DNA from: an uncultured Acidobacteriota bacterium
GTDB taxonomy: Bacteria; Acidobacteriota; UBA6911; CAINFC01
NCBI GenBank assembly: GCA_964617125.1
Contig: CAZTVS010000001.1
Location: 14,296-78,295, forward strand
Reading direction: 5' to 3'
DNA: 64,000 nucleotides
Shown: positions 40,342 through 49,844 of the stretch, in pieces
Layout: each line of letters starts with the position of its first letter
Position numbering within the stretch: position 1 is the first letter of the stretch
Translations under genes and position numbers: made by a program
The notes under the pieces: generated by a model
Database searches by the model: none
What the model was told of the DNA's origin: nothing
What the model saw: only the letters and a program-made list of their open reading frames with translations

Positions 40342-41334
40342 TCATTCGAGTGCCGCCGGATTGTTGGTCGGGCTGGTCGAACCCGGATGGACCGAATTAT
40401 AATGCGTTTCGTAGGCTTTGATGATCAGACGGACCAGACGATGTCGTACAACATCGTTTTCATTGAAGGAACAAAAACTCAATTCCGGCACCCGAGACAG
40501 GACCTGACGGGCATCTACCAGTCCTGAAGTCCGTCCCGGTGGGAGATCGATTTGAGTAATATCTCCGGTAATCACGGCTCTAGAATTATAGCCGATTCTG
40601 GTTAGAAACATCTTCATTTGTTCGGGAGAAGTGTTTTGTGCCTCGTCGAGAATCACGAAGGAATCGCTCAGAGTGCGGCCACGCATGTAAGCCAGAGGAG
40701 CGATCTCAATGACATTCTTTTCCATGTATCGATTGAACTTATCGCTGTCCATGAGATGAAATAGCGCATCGTAGAGAGGCCGGAGGTAGGGATCGATTTT
40801 TTCGGAAATGCCGCCCGGGAGAAAGCCCAATTTTTCCCCTGCTTCCACTGCCGGTCGGGTGAGAATGATCCGTGACACCCTTTTTTCCGACAATTGATAA
40901 ACCGCCATGGCCACAGCCAGGAAGGTTTTTCCCGTTCCGCCGGGCCCGATGGCGAAAACGATATCGTTGGAAAGCATGGCATCCAGGTAATAACGCTGAT
41001 TGGCGCTTTTAGGGAAAACGTAACGGCCTCCAGGCAAAGATATCTGTAATTTGGGGAAAAAGTCGGCGAGGGAAAGATCCGTATCTTTGGCGATCTGGTC
41101 CAGGGCCGCGCGCAGTTCACCGTTGCGAAAAATCTGCTTTTTCCGCAACAGGTCGGAATAGTCCTCCAGGATTTTTTCCACCATCCTGACATCGTTCTCT
41201 TCTCCTTCGATGGTCAGAGTGGAGCCTCGGAGGTGAAGAGATACGGAAAAGAGTCGCTCGATCTGTCGAAGATTTTCATCCTGTGGGCCGAATAACTCTC
41301 CTGGAGAAAAATCGGGGAACAGGTTCTTTTTCAT
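40342..41334 (-). CDS. phoH: PhoH-like ATPase (YbeZ)
   Basis: GPGGTGKT, RPAVEAGEKLGFLPG, PLAYMRGRT, DEAQN, GDITQIDL. Confidence 0.95.
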   Translation of the reverse strand: MKKNLFPDFSPGELFGPQDENLRQIERLFSVSLHLRGSTLTIEGEENDVRMVEKILEDYSDLLRKKQIFRNGELRAALDQIAKDTDLSLADFFPKLQISLPGGRYVFPKSANQRYYLDAMLSNDIVFAIGPGGTGKTFLAVAMAVYQLSEKRVSRIILTRPAVEAGEKLGFLPGGISEKIDPYLRPLYDALFHLMDSDKFNRYMEKNVIEIAPLAYMRGRTLSDSFVILDEAQNTSPEQMKMFLTRIGYNSRAVITGDITQIDLPPGRTSGLVDARQVLSRVPELSFCSFNENDVVRHRLVRLIIKAYETHYNSVHPGSTSPTNNPAALE

Positions 41335-41554
41335 CGGATGTGGGAAAATCGAGGGAGAATCGGACAGAAAAAGGCATGAGTCCAATCCCTCGGTGATATT
41401 TTTCTAAAAGGATTCAAATCGGAAATTCGTAAACCGCAGTGAAGGGTACGGATGATCAGGCTGTTAGGATTACCAATTTTTATGAACATGGATTCCTTCT
41501 ATTGATAATACAAAAAGGGGGTAAAGGTCAATAATAAAATCTGGCTGTTTCTAC

Positions 41555-41584
41555 TTGACATATATGGAAGTTTCAATGTAACTT
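41555..41584 (+). promoter_or_regulatory. Putative sigma70 promoter of rpsT
   Basis: Consensus TTGACA (41555-41560), 18-bp spacer, TAACTT. Confidence 0.45.
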
Positions 41585-41655
41585 CTAGCGCTTTTCGCGA
41601 AAAGTGGGTTTCAATACAGGAATGTTTTTCTTTTAAGGTTAAGTAAGGTCTATCG

Positions 41656-41934
41656 ATGCAGAGACATAAATCGGCAATGAAAGCGGCGCGCCACGCCACA
41701 AAGCGAAACCAGATGAACTCCGCCAACGCCACCCGTGTGCGTAAGACGGTAAAAGCAGCCCGCAAGGCTGTGGAAGAAGGAAATCAGGCAGAAGTGAAGA
41801 CGGCTCTGCCCTTTATGGTGGAAATGCTGGATCGCATGTCAAGAAGGGGTGTTGTGCACCCGAATAAAGCCGCAAGGCTGAAATCCCGGATAACTCGCCA
41901 GGCAAACCAAGTGCAGAAATCCCCCACTGCCTAG
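41656..41934 (+). CDS. rpsT: 30S ribosomal protein S20
   Basis: HKSAMK, G.VHPNKAARLKSR. Confidence 0.95.
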   Translation: MQRHKSAMKAARHATKRNQMNSANATRVRKTVKAARKAVEEGNQAEVKTALPFMVEMLDRMSRRGVVHPNKAARLKSRITRQANQVQKSPTA

Positions 41935-41972
41935 CCGAATTTCAGATTCCAATCACCTTTTGTTCGGTTTCG

Positions 41973-42000
41973 CGCCCGGTGTAAAAACCGGGCGTTTTCT
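41973..42000 (+). terminator. Intrinsic terminator between convergent rpsT and argF
   Basis: CGCCCGGT-GTAAAA-ACCGGGCG followed by TTTTCT. Confidence 0.7.
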
Positions 42001-42927
42001 TTATATCTTCTTTTCCTGCCCCATAAGCATGACCATGATCGCCTTCTGTACATGCAGGCGATTCTCTGCCTGATCGAAAACAATGGACTGGGTGGATTCG
42101 ATCACTTCCTCGCTGACCTCTTCTCCCCGATGGGCCGGCAGACAATGCATGAATCGGCATTCTGGCGATGCCAGACGCATGAGGGCCGCATCGACCTGGA
42201 ATCCCTGAAAGGCCTTCTTTCTACGTTCGGCTTCCGCTTCCTGACCCATAGAAGCCCAGACATCGGTGTACAGGATGTCTGCGTTGCTGGCAGCCAATTT
42301 CGGGTCGTCGGTCAGGGTGATTTCGGATCCGGACCGTGCAGCGGCCAGTTGTGCGGCCTTGATGACCGCCGGTGACATTTCGAATCCCGGAGGTGTGGCC
42401 GCAGCAAAGTGAATTCCCAGTTTAGCGGCACCTTCGAGCAGGGAATGGGCCATATTGTTCCCGTCTCCGATATAGGCGACTTTCAACCCCTCCAGTTTGT
42501 GTTTTTTCTCCCAGATGGTGAAGTAATCTGCCAGTGCCTGGCAGGGGTGTGAGTGGTCGCTCAGCCCGTTGATCACCGGGATGGTGCCATACTGGACCAT
42601 ATCGAGCAGGATCTGGTGTTGAAAAACACGGGCCATGATTCCATCCAGATAACGGGACATGACTCGGGCCGTGTCGCGGATCGGCTCTCCACGACCGATC
42701 TGGAGATCGGAAGAGCTAAGAAAAAGGCCGTATCCGCCAAGCTGATATACCCCTGTTTCAAAACTGATGCGGGTTCGGGTGGAGGCTTTCTGAAAAAGTA
42801 AGGCAATGGTCTTGCCGGAAAGGGCATTCCTGTAAGCTCCCGGATCTTTCTTGATACGGGCGGATAAATCCAGGATTTCCCGGATCTCTTCCGGGGTGAG
42901 TTCGATGATGTCGATTAAGTTTTTCAT
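42001..42927 (-). CDS. argF: Ornithine carbamoyltransferase
   Basis: STRTR, HPCQ, GDGNN, DVWASMG, HCLP, QAENR. Confidence 0.97.
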   Translation of the reverse strand: MKNLIDIIELTPEEIREILDLSARIKKDPGAYRNALSGKTIALLFQKASTRTRISFETGVYQLGGYGLFLSSSDLQIGRGEPIRDTARVMSRYLDGIMARVFQHQILLDMVQYGTIPVINGLSDHSHPCQALADYFTIWEKKHKLEGLKVAYIGDGNNMAHSLLEGAAKLGIHFAAATPPGFEMSPAVIKAAQLAAARSGSEITLTDDPKLAASNADILYTDVWASMGQEAEAERRKKAFQGFQVDAALMRLASPECRFMHCLPAHRGEEVSEEVIESTQSIVFDQAENRLHVQKAIMVMLMGQEKKI

Positions 42928-42961
42928 AGCAGTATGGATGTCGGTAAAAGATTAGAAATTG

Positions 42962-44008
42962 CTAAAAACGTCTGAAGGAGTTTAAGGCTGGGCGTTTGTT
43001 TCCAGCCGTGGAATGGACAAGGGAAGCAACCTTAACAATCAGGCTCTCTAGAAGAATTTTGGGAGGCATGCGGCTCGATTTCATCTGGCGATCGGTCTGG
43101 GTTGCCACGACGTAGAGCGCCTGTAACTGTTTGGCCGGAAGAATGGCAGACAGGTCGAGAACGGATGGGATCAGAAAAGGTTTCAATTTCAGCGTTTGGC
43201 CGATTTCATCCCTGGAGTTATTGTTTTGAATCATCTCTTTGGCGACGCACCAGTTGTGAAGTTGGTTGGTGATCATGGTCAGGAGATAGAGGGGGGCTAT
43301 TCCTTGATTGAGCAAAGTCTCATTCATTTGCAGGGCGGTGCATGTCTTTCCCTGGGAAAGGGCGTCCAGCAATTTATAACTGGGCAGATCATCGTTTGCA
43401 GGTAAAAGACGCTCCACCGTTTGTGCGGATACGGGGCCGGGTTTATCCATCCAATCGAAAATCTTGTCCATTTGAGAGGTGATTTGCCAAAGATTCTCTC
43501 CGGCACGATCCACAGCCGCAGACACTGCGGAATAGTCAAAGGAGTATCCTTTCTGCCGGGCAAAATCCTGGATCCACTTTTTTCTCTCGGCGGGATTCAG
43601 TAAGGGGCATTCGATCAGAAAGCCATATTCTGAGGTCAGGTTTTCGATCCTACTGCCTTTTTGTGCCTGTTCCATTTCGATTATCAGGATGCTTCTGGGC
43701 GAGGCCTGTTTTAAATACGTCTCCAGTAAGTCGGTGCCTGCCGGTCCGGACACCTCGGATCCTCGAAAGACGATCACGCGAAAATCGGCACCGAAGGGTA
43801 GGGTTGTGGCCAGAGACAGTCCTTCACGTATTTCTTCCAGCGTATCTTCAAACTTGGAGAAACAGAATCCTCTTGCCTCTTGCGGCAGATAACGATCCAA
43901 AATCATGTTCTGCCCTTGGTGGTGATGATAGGTTTCCGGACCAAGGAACAGGTAGATTCTGGATGGTTTCGCTTTGGCAAATGCAGTTTGAAATTGAAGG
44001 AAATTCAT
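42962..44008 (-). CDS. holA: DNA polymerase III delta subunit
   Basis: IYLFLGPE, TLPF...RVI, D..MK.S; downstream of lptE. Confidence 0.85.
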   Translation of the reverse strand: MNFLQFQTAFAKAKPSRIYLFLGPETYHHHQGQNMILDRYLPQEARGFCFSKFEDTLEEIREGLSLATTLPFGADFRVIVFRGSEVSGPAGTDLLETYLKQASPRSILIIEMEQAQKGSRIENLTSEYGFLIECPLLNPAERKKWIQDFARQKGYSFDYSAVSAAVDRAGENLWQITSQMDKIFDWMDKPGPVSAQTVERLLPANDDLPSYKLLDALSQGKTCTALQMNETLLNQGIAPLYLLTMITNQLHNWCVAKEMIQNNNSRDEIGQTLKLKPFLIPSVLDLSAILPAKQLQALYVVATQTDRQMKSSRMPPKILLESLIVKVASLVHSTAGNKRPALNSFRRF

Positions 44009-44022
44009 GGGCAAAGATTCTA

Positions 44023-44592
44023 TCAGTCAATGGTCTGTAGATTTTCCAAACAGAGAGCAACCACGGTAGAGGCAAAATCACGGGCAATGCGGTCCATGGC
44101 CGGATTCTGTTCCGAAAAAAAGTGTTGGACATCCGGATTGATCTGATATTGATCACGAAATAAAAAATTAGGCATATCGATAATGACTTTACCATCGCTC
44201 TTGCGGATGATTTTTACGGATGCCTGGATCGACAGGAGAAAGGTATTGGCGAACCCTTCTTGGCCGAATAGGATTGGAGAGGAATTTAAAGACGTCACCA
44301 CACCCTCCAGGACGAGATCGCCTTGTTTGTCGTCAGAAGATATATCCATGGATGAGTTTTCCGAAAAGCGTTCGATGAGTGCCCGGGTCAGTATCTGTTC
44401 TATGCGCGGTGTGTTAGTCGTATTCTTTAAAACGGGAATAGCTAAAGCAGTTGTTACCTTGGGCTGCGTACGGGACCGATCAGCCAGACGGTATCCGCAA
44501 CCTGCACTGGTCCATGCGAAAATGGCCATGAGGAGACATATACAAGGGATTTTCCTTTCCCATCGAAAGGAGCCAAGGGTCATTTCACTCAT
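44023..44592 (-). CDS. lptE: LPS-assembly lipoprotein LptE-like
   Basis: Lipobox SAGC-GY, LptE-type pattern (IPV..N.T...E..LT); lptE-holA synteny. Confidence 0.8.
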   Translation of the reverse strand: MSEMTLGSFRWERKIPCICLLMAIFAWTSAGCGYRLADRSRTQPKVTTALAIPVLKNTTNTPRIEQILTRALIERFSENSSMDISSDDKQGDLVLEGVVTSLNSSPILFGQEGFANTFLLSIQASVKIIRKSDGKVIIDMPNFLFRDQYQINPDVQHFFSEQNPAMDRIARDFASTVVALCLENLQTID

Positions 44593-44838
44593 TCTGTCCC
44601 TAATGATCGAATAGGCGGTTAGCCGGGATATTCACGGGTAAGGTATTCCCGAGGAACTCGTACCCGACTCATTCATTTAAAAAGGGTCATTATAGAGGTA
44701 TGTTGAGTGGAGGTCAAGAAGAGCCAATCGGGAGCCTTTTTCTGTCCGAGGGGTGGAAAAAAGGACAGCATCTCTATTCTGTTCCATCCAAGCAAAGATT
44801 GTGTCGGTGAACGAAAAAGTCTCCGGTCTCGGAATACT

Positions 44839-44948
44839 GATGAAGCCGCAAAAAATGCCGGGAGCGCCGTCATCCTGCCGGCAAAATCTTTCGCATCAAT
44901 ACGGAATAAACACAGAAGAACGAAAGATCGACTTTTTGCGGCTTCATC
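44839..44948. repeat. Palindromic element with 16-bp perfect terminal inverted repeats (MITE/REP-like)
   Basis: GATGAAGCCGCAAAAA (44839-44854) and TTTTTGCGGCTTCATC (44933-44948); inner ATCTTTCG/CGAAAGAT pair. Confidence 0.7.
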
Positions 44949-45059
44949 GATACTATAGTCTGCATATTTGATATACTTGCACATTCGTATCCAGAGAAGC
45001 AGATGGTTCGGGCAGAAGAACAGACAAAGGACGGTCGATAAGGGGAGGATAATGACAAA

Positions 45060-47639
45060 ATGCGATGGTTGACATCTGCAATAACCTTTTTGCTCTTTTC
45101 TCCAGGATTTTCCCCACGATTGTCGGCAGGTACCCCTGCTCTACCTTTTCGCATCCAAATGGAAATCCCCGGGGTCGAGAGCTATAACGAGAAAGTCTCC
45201 ACTCCCCAGGCTGTGTGCGGATACCGCATTGGAGACCGGCACACGCGTCCCGATGAAGTCCTCACCTTTTTTCAGGCGATAGCCTCTTCCAGCGACCGGG
45301 TCGTACTGGGAACCCATGGCCAAAGTTATGAAGGAAGACCTTTGATCCATGCCATCGTTTCATCCCCAGCCAATCTGGTCCGCCTGGAGGATATTCGAAA
45401 AAGGAATGTTCAGATCAGTACAGATCTGGGTACGTGGGATAAGACGGCAACTTCGCAGATGCCTTTGATTGTCTGGATGGGGTATGGCGTTCATGGAAAT
45501 GAGTCCAGCGGGGTAGAAGCGTCTATGCTGCTGCTATACCACCTTGCCGCCGGACAGGGGCCTGCCGTGAACTCCATTCTGGAAAACTGTGTCGTCCTGA
45601 TACTTCCATCCTTGAATCCGGATGGTCATTCCCGATTTACCTCCTGGGTGAATGGATACCGTGGAGCCTTTGCCAACACCGATCCCCAGGACCGCGAACA
45701 TTGGGAGTCCTGGCCCGGAAGCCGCGGCAACCATTATTGGTTCGATCTGAATCGTGACTGGATGCCTCTGGAACATCCGGAATCCAGAGGACGACTGGAG
45801 TTGTACTATTCCTGGCGACCTCAATTGGTTACCGACTATCATGAAATGGGTCCCAACGGTACCTACTTCTTTCAACCAGGAATCGCCAACAGCGTCCATC
45901 CCTTTATCCCGAAAGAAGTGCAGGAACTGACATCCGAAATCGGGCAGTATCACGCCCAGGCCCTGGATCGCATCGGATCGCTCTACTACCATGGAGAAAA
46001 TTTCGATGACTTCTATATAGGGAAGGGATCGACCTATACCGATATAACCGGTGCTATAGGTATTTTGTTTGAGCAGGCGGGTACCAAAGCATTATTGAGG
46101 GAAACGAACCGGGGAGTAATGGATTATGCATTCACCATACGGAATCATCTGATCACCTCCCTCTCCAGTTTGCAAGCTGCTTATAGCTTGCGTGAAAAGA
46201 TGTTGCAGCAGCAGCACCAGTTTTATCGCGAGGCCGGTGCTTTTGCCAAAAAACTGGCGGTAAAAGGGTACGTTATCAACGCGAGTGGAGACAGTACACG
46301 AGCCTGGAAGTTGGCACAATTACTGAAACGGCATCAGATACGACTTTTCGAATTAGCCAGGCCGATAACCGTTGCCGACAAATCTTTTCTGCCGGGAAGT
46401 GCTTATGTCGTCCCGGGTAATCAGTCCCAGACGCGGCTCTTACATGCCATGATGGAACGACGGACGGACTTTTCTGTGGAAAAATTCTACGATATTTCCA
46501 CTTGGACCCTGCCGCTGGCTTACGGAGTTTCCTACCTGGAATGGACGCAACCAGTGGAAGGACTCTTAGGGAAGGAAATTCTGGAAGTAAAAAAGCCAAG
46601 ACAGGATTCGGGTTTTCGAGAGGCCGGGTACGGGTATCTCATGCCATGGAACGAGTATTTTTCTTTTCGTGCCCTGCATCGAATGCAACAGGCAGGATTG
46701 CACGTTTCCGCTTCCTTCCGTCCCTTTGAAATCCAAACCGCTGACGGGAAAAAAAGATTTGACCGAGGGACCATTTTTATTCCGACCAAGGGACAGCCGA
46801 TGTCCAGCGAAGTATTTCAGACATCGTTACATCTTGCACTCGACCAGGATTCCGTAGATATTTCCGGCATCTCTGGAGGGACGGTTACCGATGGTTCGGA
46901 TTTAGGGTCCAATCATTTTCGTGTTCTGGAAAAGCCGCGTGTAGCGCTTGTTTCCGGTCGGGGAACTAATGCCAATGAGGTTGGGGAGGTATGGCATTTA
47001 TTGGGTGAAAAAATGGGAATGCCTGTGGCCCTCATCGATTTGGACAGTTTCCATCGTATCGATCTGAACCGATACAACACCATTATCCTGGTTGGAGGCA
47101 GCTACGGAAAGGCTGAACAGCCTTTTGCCGTTTGTCTGAAACATTGGATTGAGAACGGAGGATTGTTAATTGCCTTGCGAGGCGCCGCACACTGGATCGT
47201 AGAACAGGAATTGGTGGCGGAATCCGCCGTCAAAAAAGAGGATAAAAAAGCCGGCAGGAACACCTCCTATGAGGATGCCGATCAGGCGGCAAACGAGGAA
47301 GTCGTCGGTGGGGCGATATTTCAGGTAGAGCTGGATAAGACGCATCCTCTCAGCTACGGACTGGAATCCCCGCTGGCCGTATTTCGCGATCACACCTTTC
47401 TGTTGGAACCTTGCAAAACGCCGGGGGGCAACGTGGCCCGTTATTCCTCTCATCCCTTGTGGAGCGGATATACCCCCGAAGGCTGGAACCAAAAACTGGC
47501 CCATAGTGCAGCGGTAATCGCCCAACATGTATCACGTGGTTATGTGGTTCTGTTTGCCGACAATCCGACCTTTCGCTCTTACTGGTATGGCAGCAGCCGT
47601 CTATTCCTCAATGCCGTTGCCTTTGGCAGGTCCTTTTAA
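45060..47639 (+). CDS. Secreted M14 zinc carboxypeptidase with C-terminal GATase1-like domain
   Basis: Signal peptide; HGNE zinc motif, NPDG, DLNRDW, DYHEM. Confidence 0.9.
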   Translation: MRWLTSAITFLLFSPGFSPRLSAGTPALPFRIQMEIPGVESYNEKVSTPQAVCGYRIGDRHTRPDEVLTFFQAIASSSDRVVLGTHGQSYEGRPLIHAIVSSPANLVRLEDIRKRNVQISTDLGTWDKTATSQMPLIVWMGYGVHGNESSGVEASMLLLYHLAAGQGPAVNSILENCVVLILPSLNPDGHSRFTSWVNGYRGAFANTDPQDREHWESWPGSRGNHYWFDLNRDWMPLEHPESRGRLELYYSWRPQLVTDYHEMGPNGTYFFQPGIANSVHPFIPKEVQELTSEIGQYHAQALDRIGSLYYHGENFDDFYIGKGSTYTDITGAIGILFEQAGTKALLRETNRGVMDYAFTIRNHLITSLSSLQAAYSLREKMLQQQHQFYREAGAFAKKLAVKGYVINASGDSTRAWKLAQLLKRHQIRLFELARPITVADKSFLPGSAYVVPGNQSQTRLLHAMMERRTDFSVEKFYDISTWTLPLAYGVSYLEWTQPVEGLLGKEILEVKKPRQDSGFREAGYGYLMPWNEYFSFRALHRMQQAGLHVSASFRPFEIQTADGKKRFDRGTIFIPTKGQPMSSEVFQTSLHLALDQDSVDISGISGGTVTDGSDLGSNHFRVLEKPRVALVSGRGTNANEVGEVWHLLGEKMGMPVALIDLDSFHRIDLNRYNTIILVGGSYGKAEQPFAVCLKHWIENGGLLIALRGAAHWIVEQELVAESAVKKEDKKAGRNTSYEDADQAANEEVVGGAIFQVELDKTHPLSYGLESPLAVFRDHTFLLEPCKTPGGNVARYSSHPLWSGYTPEGWNQKLAHSAAVIAQHVSRGYVVLFADNPTFRSYWYGSSRLFLNAVAFGRSF

Positions 47640-47806
47640 CCGTCGGCAACCCTCTACTTCTTACCCGGAAGCCGTTATTAAAATTTCCCAGGAAAGGCTG
47701 AGTGGGCTATACTTTGGATCGCCGAACCGGAGGTAGTATGCAACTCCACCCGTACAGGCAAGAAAGAAAACCAGGAAGGAAATCATAGGATAAGGAGTCG
47801 GTCGTT

Positions 47807-49462
47807 ATGGTAGAAGCACTGAAGAAGAATCCGAAATGGAAAGGCCGCCGCGGACCGGTTGTTCTGGTCATTATGGACGGAGTCGGCTATGGCAAGTATG
47901 CCGAGGGGGATGCGGTCTCCCAGGCCATGATGAATACGCTCCGAAAGCTGGAGAGCGAATGTCCTCATGTCAGGTTGAAGGCTCACGGAAAAGCTGTGGG
48001 CTTGCCCAGTGATGAGGATATGGGAAACAGCGAAGTCGGCCATAATGCCATCGGGTGCGGAAGGGTCTTCCAACAGGGTGCGGCGCTGGTGTCCCAATCC
48101 ATTGGATCGGCGGCCATGTTCTCCGGCGGCACATGGCGAAAGCTGATCGACAATGTCAAAAGCCATACATCGACGCTCCATTTCCTCGGGCTCTTCTCCG
48201 ATGGGAATGTGCATTCGCACTTGGATCATCTTAAGGCCATGATCGTCCAGGCTAAAAAGGAGGGTGTGGGCAAAGTGCGCATTCATTGCCTCCTGGATGG
48301 TCGTGATGTCGGAGAAACCAGTGCTTTGGAATACATCGATTCCTTCGAGGATTTCCTTGCAGCCATCAGAGACGGCGTTTTTGATGTCCGGATCGCCTCC
48401 GGTGGAGGACGTATGTACATAACCATGGATCGCTATGGGGCCGATTGGAGTATGGTCCAGCGTGGATGGCATACTCATGTTTTAGGGAAAGGTCGTTTAT
48501 TCGCGTCTGCTCGCCAGGCGGTAGAAACCTATCGCCGGGAGCAACCCGGGGTTATTGATCAAGACTTGCATGAGTTTGTGATTGCCGATCAGGGAATACC
48601 CGTCGGGCCGGTTCTCGATGGAGATTCGGTTATCTATTTCAATTTCCGGGGAGATAGAGCCCTGGAGATAACCGCAGCATTCGAACAACCGGATTTTAAT
48701 AAATTCGACCGGATCCGTTATCCTCAGGTGGAATATGCCGGGATGATGGAATACGATGGCGATCTGCATGTTCCCCGGCAGTATCTGGTGAATCCGCCTT
48801 CGATCGATCGAACCAGTGGAGAATATCTGACCGCTACCGGAGTGCGAATCCTGGCTATCAGCGAAACCCAGAAGTATGGCCATGTCACATATTTTTTCAA
48901 TGGAAACCGAACCGGGAAGTTCGACGAGTCATTGGAGGAATATGTCGAAATTCCCAGCGACGTCATCCCCTTCGAACAACGCCCCTGGATGAAATCCGCT
49001 GAGATTACAGATGCGGTGATCCGGGCCTTAGAGTCAGGAAAGTATGATTTTATCCGCTTGAATTACCCGAATGGTGATATGGTTGGCCATACCGGCATCT
49101 ATCAAGCGGTCATTTGTGCCATGGAGGCACTCGATCTGGGTTTGGGTCGCTTGATGAAGGCGGTTGAGAAGGCTGGAGGCGTGATGCTGGTTTCCGCCGA
49201 TCATGGCAACTCGGACGATATGTTCGAGCATGATAAAAAAAGCGGAGCCGTATTGAAGAAAGAAGACGGCACTCCCAAGGCCAAGACAAGTCATTCCCTG
49301 AACCCGGTACCGTGTATTGTCTACGATCCCGAAAACAAGGGAGAATACGAAGAAACGCTACGGACCGGTCTGGGAATTTCCTCTCTGGCAGCAACCTGCT
49401 TGGATCTTCTGGGCTTCCTTCCTCCGGAGGATTACGACCTGTCCCTGTTGTCGTTTCGCTGA
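47807..49462 (+). CDS. gpmI: 2,3-bisphosphoglycerate-independent phosphoglycerate mutase
   Basis: IMDGVG, MGNSEVGH, SDGNVHS, DGRD, NFRGDR, ETQKYGHVT, DMVGH, ADHGN. Confidence 0.97.
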   Translation: MVEALKKNPKWKGRRGPVVLVIMDGVGYGKYAEGDAVSQAMMNTLRKLESECPHVRLKAHGKAVGLPSDEDMGNSEVGHNAIGCGRVFQQGAALVSQSIGSAAMFSGGTWRKLIDNVKSHTSTLHFLGLFSDGNVHSHLDHLKAMIVQAKKEGVGKVRIHCLLDGRDVGETSALEYIDSFEDFLAAIRDGVFDVRIASGGGRMYITMDRYGADWSMVQRGWHTHVLGKGRLFASARQAVETYRREQPGVIDQDLHEFVIADQGIPVGPVLDGDSVIYFNFRGDRALEITAAFEQPDFNKFDRIRYPQVEYAGMMEYDGDLHVPRQYLVNPPSIDRTSGEYLTATGVRILAISETQKYGHVTYFFNGNRTGKFDESLEEYVEIPSDVIPFEQRPWMKSAEITDAVIRALESGKYDFIRLNYPNGDMVGHTGIYQAVICAMEALDLGLGRLMKAVEKAGGVMLVSADHGNSDDMFEHDKKSGAVLKKEDGTPKAKTSHSLNPVPCIVYDPENKGEYEETLRTGLGISSLAATCLDLLGFLPPEDYDLSLLSFR

Positions 49463-49510
49463 TCGTTCAGGTAAAGAATGGAAAAGAGGAGTCGGCTGCG
49501 GAGGAAAAGA

Positions 49511-49588
49511 TGGCGTCCCCAAGGGGATTTGAACCCCTGTCGCCGCCGTGAAAGGGCGGTGTCCTAGGCCGGGCTAGACGATGGGGAC
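49511..49588 (-). tRNA. tRNA-Glu (TTC)
   Basis: Reverse complement GTCCCCATCGTCTAGCCCGGCCTAGGACACCGCCCTTTCACGGCGGCGACAGGGGTTCAAATCCCCTTGGGGACGCCA. Confidence 0.97.
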
Positions 49589-49601
49589 GCTAGGAGGGTG
49601 T

Positions 49602-49630
49602 AGTATACCCTTGTGACTCTCTGAATGCAA
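49602..49630 (-). promoter_or_regulatory. Sigma70 promoter of tRNA-Glu
   Basis: Minus strand TTGCAT, 17-bp spacer, TATACT immediately upstream of the tRNA. Confidence 0.65.
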
Positions 49631-49844
49631 GAGGAAGATTGTCATTTTTCCGCAGAAACATAAAGTGGAAGAACCAGGATCCGCTACCCCTGATGAAACG
49701 GCAAAAAGTCCTAGGAGCGACGGCGTCCCGCCGACAACAGCAATGGAATCAACACGAGATTTGCGAAAAGAAATGGAACAAAGACTTTTTGCCGCTCCAT
49801 CACCCCTGTCTGTTGTCGGAAAATAAAGAATAAGGATAAAACAT

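Noticed and set aside
44673-45154. Short ORFs in the lptE/M14 intergenic region
   Set aside because: They span the palindromic repeat, lack motifs and overlap each other; likely spurious
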